This document shows, in pieces, positions 25,081-37,500 of a DNA stretch of 64,000 nucleotides. The translations under genes were made by a program, and so were the position numbers. The notes beneath the pieces are model-generated. The model had not been told where the DNA came from, did no database searches, and saw only the letters and a program-made list of their open reading frames with translations. The first letter of the stretch is position 1, and the number at the start of each line of letters is the position of its first letter. Source of the stretch: Camelus ferus (lineage: Eukaryota); assembly GCF_009834535.1 (NCBI RefSeq), contig NC_045697.1:113152001-113216000 (forward strand), in the 5' to 3' direction.

Positions 25081-27627
25081 CTCTCTTTCAGAAACAACTT
25101 TTTTTTTTTTTTTACACAAAGTGGAACATTTTCCCCCTTTATACCTAACCAAATAAAATGACTATTATAATTAGCATCCATTTTGCATGTAAAAGGACTG
25201 TGATTGTGTGGACAAGAACATCACCTGCTGTGGCAGTAAACAAAGGGTGCTGTGGCCATGGGGCCCTCAGCCACTGCAGGTGCCCTCCAGCTGTGCCTCC
25301 AGGGGACTCGGGGGGGCGGGGGGGGGAGGGGGGGAAGAACAGGACACTGGCCCTAGAGAGCTAGGTGCATGGCAAAGGAATGGGTTCAGTGAGCCCAGAC
25401 TCTTGCAAATTCCCATACATGGAAAAGCGTTAAATTCATTGACTCTGGTTTTCTTTCATTAACGGTTATCTTTTGATGTTTCAACTACCTGGCTTTTGTT
25501 GCAAAATCTCCTCTGTCTCCTGGCTTCTCCCTCACCTCTTCAGAGCCATCTGAGAGGCTGCCTCCTGGGCTTGTGTCCAGCAAGTCCACCAAATGACACA
25601 GAATTCTCAACTTTTAGGTTGCCTACTTTCTTCTTTTTCAGTTGACAGTGGAATTTGGCTTTTGATGTTAATATTAACTCACGCAAGAACCTACTATTCC
25701 ATTGATGCCTCTACTATGTCATCAACACATTTCTGTTCTAAATCTAATATTTGGAAGGTACTAGGAGATACACAGAGTACCTACCTTAAAGAGGTAATGT
25801 TCCATTTGAGAGGAGCCAATTAAGGAGTCAAGGGACTCAGTGGTGCTTTGAAAGACGGGTAGAGTGTGGATGGGTGATGGAGATGCAGACGCTCAGTGCC
25901 CATTGCCAGGGCACTTGATGACTATAAAGGGACCAGCCCGCTCCATACAGAGCATTCTCAGCGGGGTTGTTAGACCAGGAGCGACAGGCAAGTAGCAGTC
26001 TTCAGGTGTTGGACGGAGAAGGTGCTCAGTGGTCCCTCCTGGCTGTGTCTCACCTGGTGTTGACAGTGAGCCAAGGAGGGTCAGAAGATGCACTTTCCTG
26101 TCACATCAGTTCTACTTTAAATAATGAAGAAAACCCCAGATAACTGAGAAGTTATGTTAAGTATCTGGGTAGCCACCGAAGTAGGAAGCATGATATAAAA
26201 ATTTTTTGAATTCTTAAGTGAGAAATCTCCAGAGAATTTTTAGATGAGCACTTGCTTCCTCCAGGTTTGTCCTCAGATGCTGAGAGACACCCAGAGTCTC
26301 TCTGCTTTGGGATTCCGGGGAGAAAGGTGTGATCCCCACAGAAGTTCAGAAGTCGCTACCAGCTGTCGTGCAGAGGAGGGAAGAACTTTTCTGCAACGTT
26401 CACACATCACATCCGCAAGGACTACCTTCTCTAGTTCTGATTCTCTAATTCTCACTAAGTGGTAGCAACCCTTACTTTTCTTCTTCAGTTTTATAAGGCC
26501 AAGTTGCAGGTTGATAATTTAAAAACCATTCTCTATTCTAGGAAGTAAAAACACTCAAGGAAAGGTTCAGTGGAGGCATTGCTTTAAAGTCAAACGCATA
26601 TTTTGTTCATTAAATTTCTTACCTCCTTTTCAGCGGAAGTAAATCTGCATGATTTGCTTTATTGTTCTCACAGAAGAAAGAAAGAAAATGCAATTCCCTT
26701 TCTTAACACAGCCACAATGGCCTGTTAATTAACATAAGAAACTCTGTCTTGAATATTTACCTTGTAATCTAAGGGAAATCAGAGATTTTTTTGGGGGGGG
26801 AGGGGGGAGCTTTTAAGCCCTACAAGACTATTGTCTGTGATTTGTTTTGTCAGTAAGAAAAGACTATTCAAATCACAAAATGCTGTGAAAGATCTAAAGT
26901 ACAACTAAAATTTAGATCCCTGCATTGTATCTGTATACAGTCTCCTGGAGACAGAAGATATTTATTTGACTAAAACCGTACAAGTCCTTTGAAAGCTTCT
27001 GACACATTAATAAAATCAGAGAATCTTAAAGTCAGACAGGGTTTAAGAGTTAACCAGTGGAATCTCCCACACAATGTGAGAACTTGCATAGTAGTACAAA
27101 CTATTGTGTGTGGAAAACTTGCTGGTTTTGCAGGCAGCTCATTATCTCTGATTAAACTTTCGTTCTTCATGATGATGGGAAATATTTTTAATACAACACA
27201 CTTCTCTTGGTCCTGCTTCTAACTTGGATGGACATCATGTTCTGACCAACATGCTATGTACCACAGGCTACCCATTCAAACGTGGGAAGTTGTCTGGACC
27301 ACTCCTAGGAAGTCATTTCAAGATTAAACACCTTCTGTTCCCTCAGCTCCTTCATGTAACAAGGTGTCTTGATGTTTTTAATCATCTCCTTTTGAATGCT
27401 CTTTTGCCAAATAGTCTGCCCTGGCGATCAGTTCAGTGTATGGTGGGGCTATTCCTACAATTTGATAAATTCTTTTTTATAGTCAGAGGAACAATTAGGT
27501 AATTTTGTTTGTTTGTTTTTCTTTGTTTCTTTCATATCTTTTTCATAAGTTTTAATCTGTGCATTAAGTTTTTTGTTACACATTCATATTCCTACAAGGT
27601 TTTTTTTTGATCATTTTGTAAAAAAAA

Positions 27628-27873
27628 TTTTATTGAAGTGTAGTTGATTTTACAGTGTTAGTTTCAGATGTACAGCAAAGTGATACAGTTACACATGTAC
27701 ACATATATATTTTTTTCTTTTCAGATTCTTTTCCATTATATGATATTACAAGTAATTGAACATAGTTCCCTGTTTTATACAGCAGGTCCTTGTTGTTTTT
27801 CTTTTTTATATGTAGCAATGTGTGTCTGTTAATCCCCAACCACTAATTTATCCCTCCCTACCCTTTCCCCTTT
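27628..27873 (-). mobile_element. L1 3'UTR fragment
   Basis: TTTTATTGAAGTGTAGTTGATTTTACAGTG...; homologous to the other L1 tails in the window. Confidence 0.85.
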
Positions 27874-28354
27874 ACAGTGTTTAGGAATGTGCTGATAGTC
27901 GCTTATGTAAGATTTTGGCTGTGAGATTTACCCATATCTTACAAATGTCCAGACCACTACATTTTGCTGAAACCCACTGTGTTTCATGCAAGTCCAATTA
28001 AAATTTCAAGTCCAATTAAAAGTGTTACTGGAATTTTCTTCAAAATGTTTGCACTGTTTCTGCTATTTTAAAAAGTTGTTTATATGGAATACATTTTGCT
28101 TATGTATTTCAGTGTCTTCACTTGAAGCCATACTGTGAGTCAGAATTCATTTTGAGTGCCTTCAGTCACATTGCTAATGCAGTTGGTCATTTTCTCTTTA
28201 CAGATTGTTCAGTTCGAGGAAATGAAGAATTCAGAATAATTTTGAGAAACGGACTCCCATATGGAGAATGAGAATCAGTTGAATATTTGACCTTCTCTGA
28301 GGAAACGTACTGTTTGTTTGTCTGAAGTCATCCATAACAGCCAACCCAATCAAA

Positions 28355-29053
28355 ATGAATTCAACATTGTTCTCCCGGGCTGAAAATCATTCCATCTACT
28401 ATAATTTTTCAGTGAAGAATTCCCAGTTTTTGGCGTTTGAAAATGATGATTGCCATCTGCCTCTGGCCATGATCTTCACGCTGGCCCTTGCTTACGGGGC
28501 TGTGATCATTCTGGGGGTGTCTGGAAACCTGGCCTTGATCATCATCATTTTGAAGCAAAAGGAGATGCGGAACGTCACCAACATCCTGATCGTGAACCTT
28601 TCCTTCTCAGACTTGCTTGTGGCCATCATGTGTCTCCCCTTCACGTTCGTCTACACGCTAATGGACCACTGGGTTTTCGGGGAGGCGATGTGCAAGCTGA
28701 ACCCTTTTGTGCAGTGCGTCTCCGTCACCGTGTCCATCTTCTCGCTGGTTCTCATTGCCGTGGAGCGGCATCAGCTGATCATCAACCCTCGGGGCTGGAG
28801 ACCCAGTAACAGGCATGCTTACGTGGGGATCGCTGTCATTTGGGTCCTCGCTGTGGCGTCCTCCCTGCCCTTCCTGATCTACCAAGTGCTGACGGATGAG
28901 CCTTTCCAGAACGTGACGCTCGATGCGTTCAAGGACAAATACGTCTGCTTTGATCAGTTTCCGTCGGACTCGCATCGGTTGTCTTACACCACCCTTCTCT
29001 TGGTGCTGCAGTATTTTGGCCCACTCTGTTTTATATTTATTTGCTACTTCAAG
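28355..29053 (+). CDS. NPY1R: Neuropeptide Y receptor type 1, coding exon 1 (codons 1-233; exon starts at 28204)
   Basis: MNSTLFSRAENHSIYYNFS...CHLPLAMIFTLALAYG...VERHQLIINPRGW...FICYFK; acceptor TTTCTCTTTACAG ends 28203; donor AAG|GTAAGA at 29054, phase 0. Confidence 0.98.
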
Positions 29054-29133
29054 GTAAGAAAACGTTTTCCCCCTACCATCTCCATTCCTACCTTTTATCT
29101 ACAGAATTACTCATTCAATGAGTGGTTCTATTT

Positions 29134-29288
29134 TTTTTTTTAATATCGTATTATTTAATTTTTTAAAATTTTGGTGTTGGGGGAGGTAGTTAGGTTTGTT
29201 TATTTTTGGAGGAAGTTCTAGGGATTGAATCCAGGACCTTGTGCATGCTGAGCATGTGCTTTACCACTTGAGCTATACCCTTCCCCCG
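29134..29288 (-). mobile_element. Vic-1-like SINE inside the NPY1R coding intron
   Basis: Antisense SINE with perfect 12-bp TSD GTGGTTCTATTT at 29122-29133 and 29289-29300. Confidence 0.95.
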
Positions 29289-29340
29289 GTGGTTCTATTT
29301 GAACTCAGTCCTTTATTTTTTATTTTCTTCCTCTCTGTAG

Positions 29341-29793
29341 ATATACATACGCTTAAAAAGAAGGAACCACATGATGGATAAGATGAGAGACAATAAGTAC
29401 AGGTCCAGTGAAACCAAAAGAATCAACATCATGTTGCTGTCCATCGTGGTGGCGTTTGCGGTCTGCTGGTTACCGCTCACCATCTTCAACACTGTGTTTG
29501 ATTGGAATCACCAGATCATTGCCACCTGCAACCATAATCTCTTATTCCTGCTCTGCCACCTCACAGCCATGATCTCCACCTGTGTCAACCCCATATTTTA
29601 TGGCTTCCTGAACAAAAACTTCCAGAGAGACTTGCAGTTCTTCTTCAACTTTTGTGATTTCCGGTCTCGGGATGATGACTATGAGACAATAGCCATGTCC
29701 ACCATGCACACGGACGTGTCTAAGACTTCTCTGAAGCAAGCAAGCCCCGTCGCACTTAAAAAGATCAGCAGTGATGAGAATGAAAAAATCTGA
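29341..29793 (+). CDS. NPY1R: Neuropeptide Y receptor type 1, coding exon 2 (150 aa + stop; total 383 aa)
   Basis: Acceptor CTCTCTGTAG ends 29340; IYIRLKRRNHMMDKMRD...CWLP...NPIFYGFLNKNFQRDL...YETIAMSTMHTDVSKTSLKQ. Confidence 0.98.
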   Translation: MYIRLKRRNHMMDKMRDNKYRSSETKRINIMLLSIVVAFAVCWLPLTIFNTVFDWNHQIIATCNHNLLFLLCHLTAMISTCVNPIFYGFLNKNFQRDLQFFFNFCDFRSRDDDYETIAMSTMHTDVSKTSLKQASPVALKKISSDENEKI

Positions 29794-31060
29794 GACCACG
29801 GTAGCAGGTGGTCCCAGATGACATCTGCTTGAAAACAAGCACAACGTACTTTCAGGACTTGTTCTCCGAGGGGATGGGACTGACATCATGGAAGGAAGAT
29901 TTTCTCGTCTTGCTTTTTACTGCTTTTGTAGTAGCTGTCATGATTATATTTGGAACAAAACATATGGGCTTTGGAATCTTCTGGCAATAGTATTGGCCAG
30001 ACATCCTTGAAGTGCTCTTTTTGTAAACTTATGGATATAATATAAAGGCTTTTATATTGTATTTATTAGAATGAAATTTCTTTAAAGGACTGCTATTAAC
30101 TGACTTTAGAAACACGGCACCTTATGCTCTCGTTCAATGGGGCTGTCCTGTTTGGATGAGATTGTCGGTGGATTGGGCAGTCCTGGTGGTGATATGCATC
30201 CTTTTAGTGTGTTACAGAGGTGATAGCATGCAAAAGCAGCATCAGGATGTGAGCTGAGAGTCTGTCTTGTATACATAGCCTGAAGTCATTCAAAAGGGAT
30301 TTGCATTTTTTTTAAAGACAGCATTTAATTTGTTCCTAATTGATTATCACTTAAGATTTTAAAAAGTGCATTTAAAAATACTTTTCGGCTGTGAAAATAT
30401 CATGGGGAATTGGGCTACACACAAGAATTAAGTGGGAAAGGAATTCCCTAACTTCAGAACTATTTTGGTACCTGACAACCAAAGGATTTCAGGGTAGTTT
30501 AACAAGGAAATTAGTGTTGCTGCAAGTAGTTGAATTGTTTTTATTTGAATTGATGGTCAAGAGGCCTTCCATTTTTCACAGACTATTTGGTGTTTGTCAA
30601 CCTTTCTAGCATAAACATACATGTAATTCAAAGGCATTTATTTCCAGCTTACTCTATGTATATATAAAACCACAGAGTGTATTTTCCATACATGAGTGCC
30701 TATATACTAAGTCATATTTGACTTTCATGTCCATTCTTTCAGAGGACACCAAGGTACAATGTTGAACGAACGTCCACTTTGGCCGGCAGGGGTAAATACC
30801 TGAAAACTGAGGACGCTTCACGTAGCCCGTGTTAACTTGTGCAAACTGTGTGCTTCGTGGAGTCTAACCAATCATGCATTATACAGAGGACTGAGGGGTC
30901 GCGTCACGTTAATGTGCTGAATTTCACGTACCCTGTAATCATGATGGAGCCTCGGAATCACTGGGAGGGAAGATACTTTAAAGAACAAGATATATCTTTG
31001 ATGTATCATACAGACAAAGTATTAAACGTGTTTGCTTTTAGAAGAGCAGACATTTTCTTT

Positions 31061-31066
31061 AATAAA
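31061..31066 (+). terminator. Likely NPY1R polyadenylation signal (3'UTR ~1.3 kb)
   Basis: AATAAA followed by T/GT-rich sequence. Confidence 0.7.
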
Positions 31067-33416
31067 ATTGTTTCTGCTTTTTCTGAGTAGTCTCCTTTTT
31101 TCCCTGTTTCAGTCCTTTGTCTTCCCTCCCATGACGGTCCACAGCATCCTCCAGCTGCCTGCTGATGAGTGGTTTTCTACCCTGTGGTATTAACTCTTGG
31201 TGGTCCAGTCTCCCTCCCATGCTTCCTGAAGCTTCGAGAAGGCAGGCTGTTTTATGTGACTGTGTCCCAGTGCATTTAGCACAGTGCCAAGTACTTAGCA
31301 GTTTTTTCTTTTTAATTTCTAAAATAATTGGTTGAATCAATAATGATCAAAATCCTTCCTTCTCGTTGATAATCATACTGACTTCCTGAAATCTTCTTGG
31401 ACACCTCCTCCTCAGTTCGTCTTAACCAAGGCAGTATTTTCCCTTTTATTATGTTATTTTCTTTTCTAAATTAAGCAAAATGACACTTTGATTTTAGAAA
31501 CTTACACGGTTAGTCTTGTAAGTCAGTCTTATATGTTCAATGTTAATATGAATTCAAATTGTAGCATTAAGAATGACTTTGAGTTAACTGAACATAGAAA
31601 AATAGTTCTAAAACCAACTTCTAATGTGTATGGGAAAATGAAATCATCTTTCCTTAACTAAAACCAGTAGTTTTAAAACTCCCTGGTATTTTCTGCTTTG
31701 GAGGACTAATGGGGAATTTTGTCTTTCTCTACTTAGGTGCTTTGGAAACAAACCACTGCTGGAGAACAGCTTTAATACGCAGGTGATTTTTTGTCAGCAC
31801 ATTTGCTGAGATGTCACTTCTAGGAACCTCATTCAGCCGTGCAGGCTGATTCCTTAGCTCTTCATAAATAATGAGCTGAATATCAAATTCTTCTCTTTTA
31901 TCCCCAAACAGTGGGTGAACTAGTTGTAAAATCTCAGGTCGACAACAGATCCATTGGGATTCAAGAAGAGATAAATGTGCATGTTAAATACCAACAAACC
32001 ATTGGGTTTTCTTAAACTCAAGAACAAAAACCAATTGCTGATTTAGTACATGAGCATGATTATAATGCAGCTTATATAAATTTAGAATAAAATGATAATA
32101 GCCAGAATTCATATACACTTAGCACGTGCGAGTACTATGTCAGGTGCTTAAGTACCTGTGAGGATGTGTGGCTGATGTGACCACTTCGCAGGAGAGGCAG
32201 TTGAAGCTCAAGGTGAAAAATCTGAGCCCCACCCAGAGTAACAGTGGGCAGGGACCAAACCAATCTCTGCCCAGTGCTGTGAAACTGATCAGTGTGCTGA
32301 ACCTGTGATAGTTTTAGGAAATTATCTTTCTCTCGTTACAAGTTACATTAGGGAGTAACAATACCATTCACCTTCTAATTTTAGCTGCAGAAAGGAGTCT
32401 AGTGGAAAAGTTGACACACAACGGGGGTGATAATTATTCATACCCATAATTCCCTTCTCAGTTATGGGATTCCACTTAAAATAGAATTTGCTTATTCATA
32501 TCACCTTTATTTCTGTACCATTAACTGCATATTCTTATCCCTTCCTCTAGTCCACAAATTTCCAAGGATACAGACATGCACATTAGACTACAACTTCAAA
32601 ATCTGACTGCAGAATAATGTGTATTTTGACAATGCAAGTATTTCTCCACAAACAGTACAAGTGGTAGAAAGAGGCAAATTTAAGCTGGGGTTCCAGGGAC
32701 AACTCTGGCCTCATTCAGTGAGTTTGTGGGCACTACCAAGTCTTTCCTCACAGCCAGGATTCCTTTTCTCAGCAATCAAGGCTTCTTCTGGAATGTAGTT
32801 TCTCAGTGAGACATGAAATCTTTCATAGTCTTTGTATGTTTTTCATCAACTTACTCCCATGGTCCATCAAACAACACGTTTGACTTAAGAGTCAGAACTC
32901 ATGAAAATGAGAGCATAGAGCTTTCTAGGGCAAATTAATAGGATTTCCCAAATTTCTTTCGTTTAATGTTTCCTTTATTAATATATCTGTGTATGTGTGT
33001 GTGTACGTACATATGCAACACATTGAATAGATATTAATATATATGTATATTTTTTAGAAAACTATAATCCTACAATTACATAATATACAATTATAATTAT
33101 ATATTATATTACATAATTATATATTATATAATTATATTACATAGCAATATTTTCATTGCTCCTTTATTTCTTGATTTCTAATAACAATTATCACCTAGAT
33201 AGCATCTGAGATCAAACACAAATTCCTAATCATGGTGATTCAGGCACAGTTGCAGAACTGAGACATGATCTGTCCCATCCAAGGGCTCTCAGTGCAAATC
33301 TGCTTTCCTGTTCTCCAGGTCTCTATCTCCTCTGCCCTGGTTTATACAATTCCTAGTCTTTCTAGTCTTCCAGCCAATGCTTGAGTCATCTTCTAGGATC
33401 ATTTTCCCAATAGGTA

Positions 33417-34078
33417 TGATACAGGCAAAAATAAAGGGGTGAGAGGATGGCCGTGCCCCAGATCTCAGTGGAGTCCCTGGGACATGCCCTGCCAAGTGAG
33501 GGCCCTTGGCTTTGTGTAGGAAGGAATTAAAGAGTGAGTCATAGTTGAGTAAAGGTAGATTTCTTTCAGAGAGATGTACACTCCATAGACAGAGTGCAGG
33601 CCATCTCAGAAGGCAAGAGAAAGGCCAAGAGGTGTGGGGTTGGGTGTTTAGTTTAAAGTAAAAGTAGATACGCACTCTATAGATGGAGTGTGGGCTGTCT
33701 CAGAAGGCAAGAGAGAAAGCAACCATGAGGTGTGGGGTTGTTAGTTTTTATGGGCTTGGTAACTACATATGCTAATGAGTAGGATGATTATCCCAACTAC
33801 TTTGGAGAAGGGATGGGAATTCCCAGGAATTGGGCCACCACCCACTTTCTGACCTTTTATAGTTAGTCTTGGAACTGTCATGGCACCTGTGAGAGTATCA
33901 TTTAACACACTAAGGCACCACAATGAGTGTAAAATGAAGCTCAAGGTCTACTAGAAGTCAAATCTCCTGCCATCTTGGGTCTCAAGGTCTACTGGGAGTT
34001 GACTTTTTCACCATCTTGATGCTAATTGCTGTGTCATTTCTTTAATGGCTGTGCCCTGCCACCTTCCTTCATGTCTCA
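33417..34078 (-). mobile_element. Solo LTR, ERV1-class, 662 bp
   Basis: TG...CA termini with 4-bp TSD GGTA (33413-33416, 34079-34082); two internal tandem duplications; strand inferred. Confidence 0.88.
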
Positions 34079-34539
34079 GGTAGGTAAGATTGAAACTTGA
34101 CTAATTTCTGCCAACCTTCCTCCTTGGAGCCTGAAGCATCACCCTACCTGGCCCCACACTCTAGCCCACAGGCTGGGGGACCATATCTGGATGCTCTTAG
34201 AACAAGGACTGCTGCCTACCTGACTTCTAAATCTGAAATCCTGCCTGGGAGAGAAGACAAAGGACTATCTGTTAAAATTGCTGACCAAGGATGAACAGTA
34301 TTTCATTAAGCCAAAAAACATACCAAAGCAAAGTTTATTGACGGAATTACCCAACTACCCCTTCACTTCTCAGCATTCCATTATCAGCTGTGCTTTTTGA
34401 CATATTTTAAAAACAACAACAACTCTATTTTATTACAGGACTACCTTCGTCAAAAGTAAAAGGTTGCCTAAGGTTTTGTTTGCTTTGGTGTCAGGAATGA
34501 AAATTGTGAGGGTCATTTGGATTTCTGGTGAATCTTTTC

Positions 34540-37500
34540 CTTTATTGTTTTATTGAGATATAATTGACATACCATAAAATCCACTTTTTAAAAGTGTTTT
34601 CCAGTGGCTTTCTGCATATTCATAGAGTTGTGCAATCAACATCACTCTATGATTCCAGAGATTTTCATCACTTCAAAAGGAAACCCCAAATTCTGACAAG
34701 TAAGGAGCTTGAAAGTTGTCACCTTGTCCTAACAAGTAAACAACAGAACAAAGTGGAAACCAACAACTCTCCTTAGATCCATCAGAGAAGTGAGGTCACT
34801 GAGCAAACTGCTGGCCCCAAACTGGAGACACAAGAAGATACAGAGAATCACAACCTGCTAGAGCAGAAACTTCCACTGGAATCAGGGCTGGGGCAGACGA
34901 ACTTGAACTATAATTGCGAATCTGTGGAGGCTTAGAATGGACAAGTGTGAGGGTTAAAAGCTCCAAGGGCACCCAGTCACGGTGGGGGGCACACTTTGTG
35001 TCATTTACCTCCAGGAGCTCAACCACATTTTCGCAGTGAACACTGGAGAAAAACTCTCTTGTGCTTCTGGCTGGAGGAAGGGGAAAGAAACCATTTAAAG
35101 CTATGCCAGAGCATCCTGTGCTTTATAACAAGATCTGCCCTTGAGGGGAATTATTTTATCATAGCTTAACCTGCTGAATTTTTATCAGCCTAACTGAGTT
35201 GGGGGGAAGGAAACACACAACTCCAGCCACCCCTTCTCTACAGAGAAGGAAAATATCAGCTCCAACCAAATGTAACCACCCTTTCCCACCTAAGGTGGGG
35301 AGAACAAATTGAGAAGCCCATGCTAAGTTCAGAGTTCAGAGGCTCAAAGACTGAGACCTGATCTTCTACTGGGGTAGAAGCATCCCCTCCCTCATACTTT
35401 GCCACATCACTAAATACCTGTTTACCACAGTCCCTTTTACCCATCATGTCCAGCTATCAAGAAGAAATTACAAGGCATACTCAAAATCAAAAAACACAGT
35501 TTGAAGAGAGAGCGAGCAACAGAATCAGACTCAGACATGGCAGGAACGTTGTAATTCTCACACTGGCAATTCAAAGTAACTATGCTGAATATTCTAAGGA
35601 CTCTAAAGAAAAAGCAGATGTCATGCAAGAATGGATGGACAATGTAAGCAGAGAGATGGAAATTATAAGAAAGAATATAAAAGAAAAGCTAGAGAGCAAA
35701 AACACTATAACAGAAAGGAAGAATGACTTTAAAGGGCTCATTGCTAGACTGGGCACAGCTGAGGAGAGCATTTCTGAGACGAGAATATATCAATAGAAAT
35801 GTCCAGAATTAAAAAGCAAAGAGAAAAAAAGACTGAGAAAGAAAACAGAACAGAATATCCAGGAACTGTGGGACAACCAGAAAAGGTATAACCTATGTGT
35901 AATGGGAATACCAAAAAGAGAATAAAAAGAGAAAGGAACAGAAGAAATATTTGAAGCAATAATGAGGGACAGTTTCCCCAAATTAATGTCAGGCACCAAA
36001 CCACAGATCCAGGAAGCTCAAAGAACACCAAGGAGGATAAACACCAAGGAAACACACATAGAAAACTATGCCGAGGTACATCATATTCAAATTTAAAGAA
36101 GTTATTCAATGAGAAGAAAAATGTCACAGGTCATAAACTCAAGTCTACATAAGGAAAGGAAGAGCATCAGAGAAGGAATAAGTGAACATAACATTAAAAC
36201 TTTTCTTTTTATCATTCTTAATTGAGCTAACAAACAACAGTTTGTTCAAAATAGTAATAGCAAAACACAATAGCAAAAATGTATATATTTACATAAACGT
36301 GCATAATTAAATACACGGCTGCAGTCATTTTACGTTTGTATGTAAATATACGTAATTGAATGTATATTGATAAAGGATGCTTATGCATAAACATATATAT
36401 GTACATGCAGAATGAATGACAGCAATGTTACAAGGGGCAAGAGGGCGAAATTAGGGTTATTTCATTATTACAGGGTACTTGTCCTACTTATGAAGTGGTA
36501 TAGTGTTATTTGAGTGTGGACTTGGATTAGTTGTAAATGTATGCTACAAACTCTAGGGCAGTCATTTAAAAGTCTTTAAAAAGTAGTATAATTAATGTGT
36601 TAAGAAAAGAGAGAAAATGGAGTCATATAAAATGCTCCCTCCATTAAAGCCATAAATAGCAGTAAAAAAAAAAAAAGTGGAAGAGTAAAACAGAAACAAA
36701 GAACAAGAGCAACAACTAGAAAACAGTAAAAAAAAAAAAAATATGGTGGATATTAATTATATTATAGTTACTTTAAATGCCAATGGTCTAAAAACACTCA
36801 TTAAAGGAAAGAGATTGTCAGAACAGATCAAAAAAGAAAAAAGACTCAACTTTATGTTGCCTACAGGAAACCAATTTTAAATAGAAGATACATTTAGATT
36901 AAAAGCAAATGGATGTTTAGGAAAAAACACAATTAAAACTGGGCAAGAGACTTAAATAGATATTTCTCCAAAGAGAAAATACCAATCACCAAAAATATAC
37001 CAATAAACACATGAAGAAATGCTTAACATTACTAATCACAAGAGAAATGCAAATCAAAGTTACAATAAAACCACCTCAGATCATTAGGATGGCAACTATA
37101 AGATAATAAAAATAATAATGTTTTGGCAAGCATGTGAAGAAATTGGAGCCCTTTTGCACTGATGGTGGGAATATAAACTGGTATAGCTGCTGTGGAAAAC
37201 AATGTGATGGTTCCTAAAAAAATTAAAAATAAAATTACCATATGATCTAGTATTCCACTAGTGGGTATATACTCAAAAACATTGAAAGCAGGGTCTGAAA
37301 GAAATATTTGTACTCTTATGTTCATAGCAGCATTATTCACAATAGCTAAAACTTGGAAGCCACCCAAGTGTTTTATGACAGACAGATAAGCAAAATGTGG
37401 TATATACAGACAATGAATTATTATTCAGCCTTATAAAGGAAGGGGATTCTGACATATGCTACAACATGTATGAACTTTGAGGACATTATGCTAAGTGAAA

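Noticed and set aside
33060..33145. AT-only quasi-palindromic tract
   Set aside because: Degenerate (TA)n/TAAT low-complexity repeat
36284..36350. Imperfect hairpin TATATTTACATAAACGT...ACGTTTGTATGTAAATATA
   Set aside because: AT-rich, inside the L1 inter-ORF low-complexity region; too weak to call a miRNA or MITE
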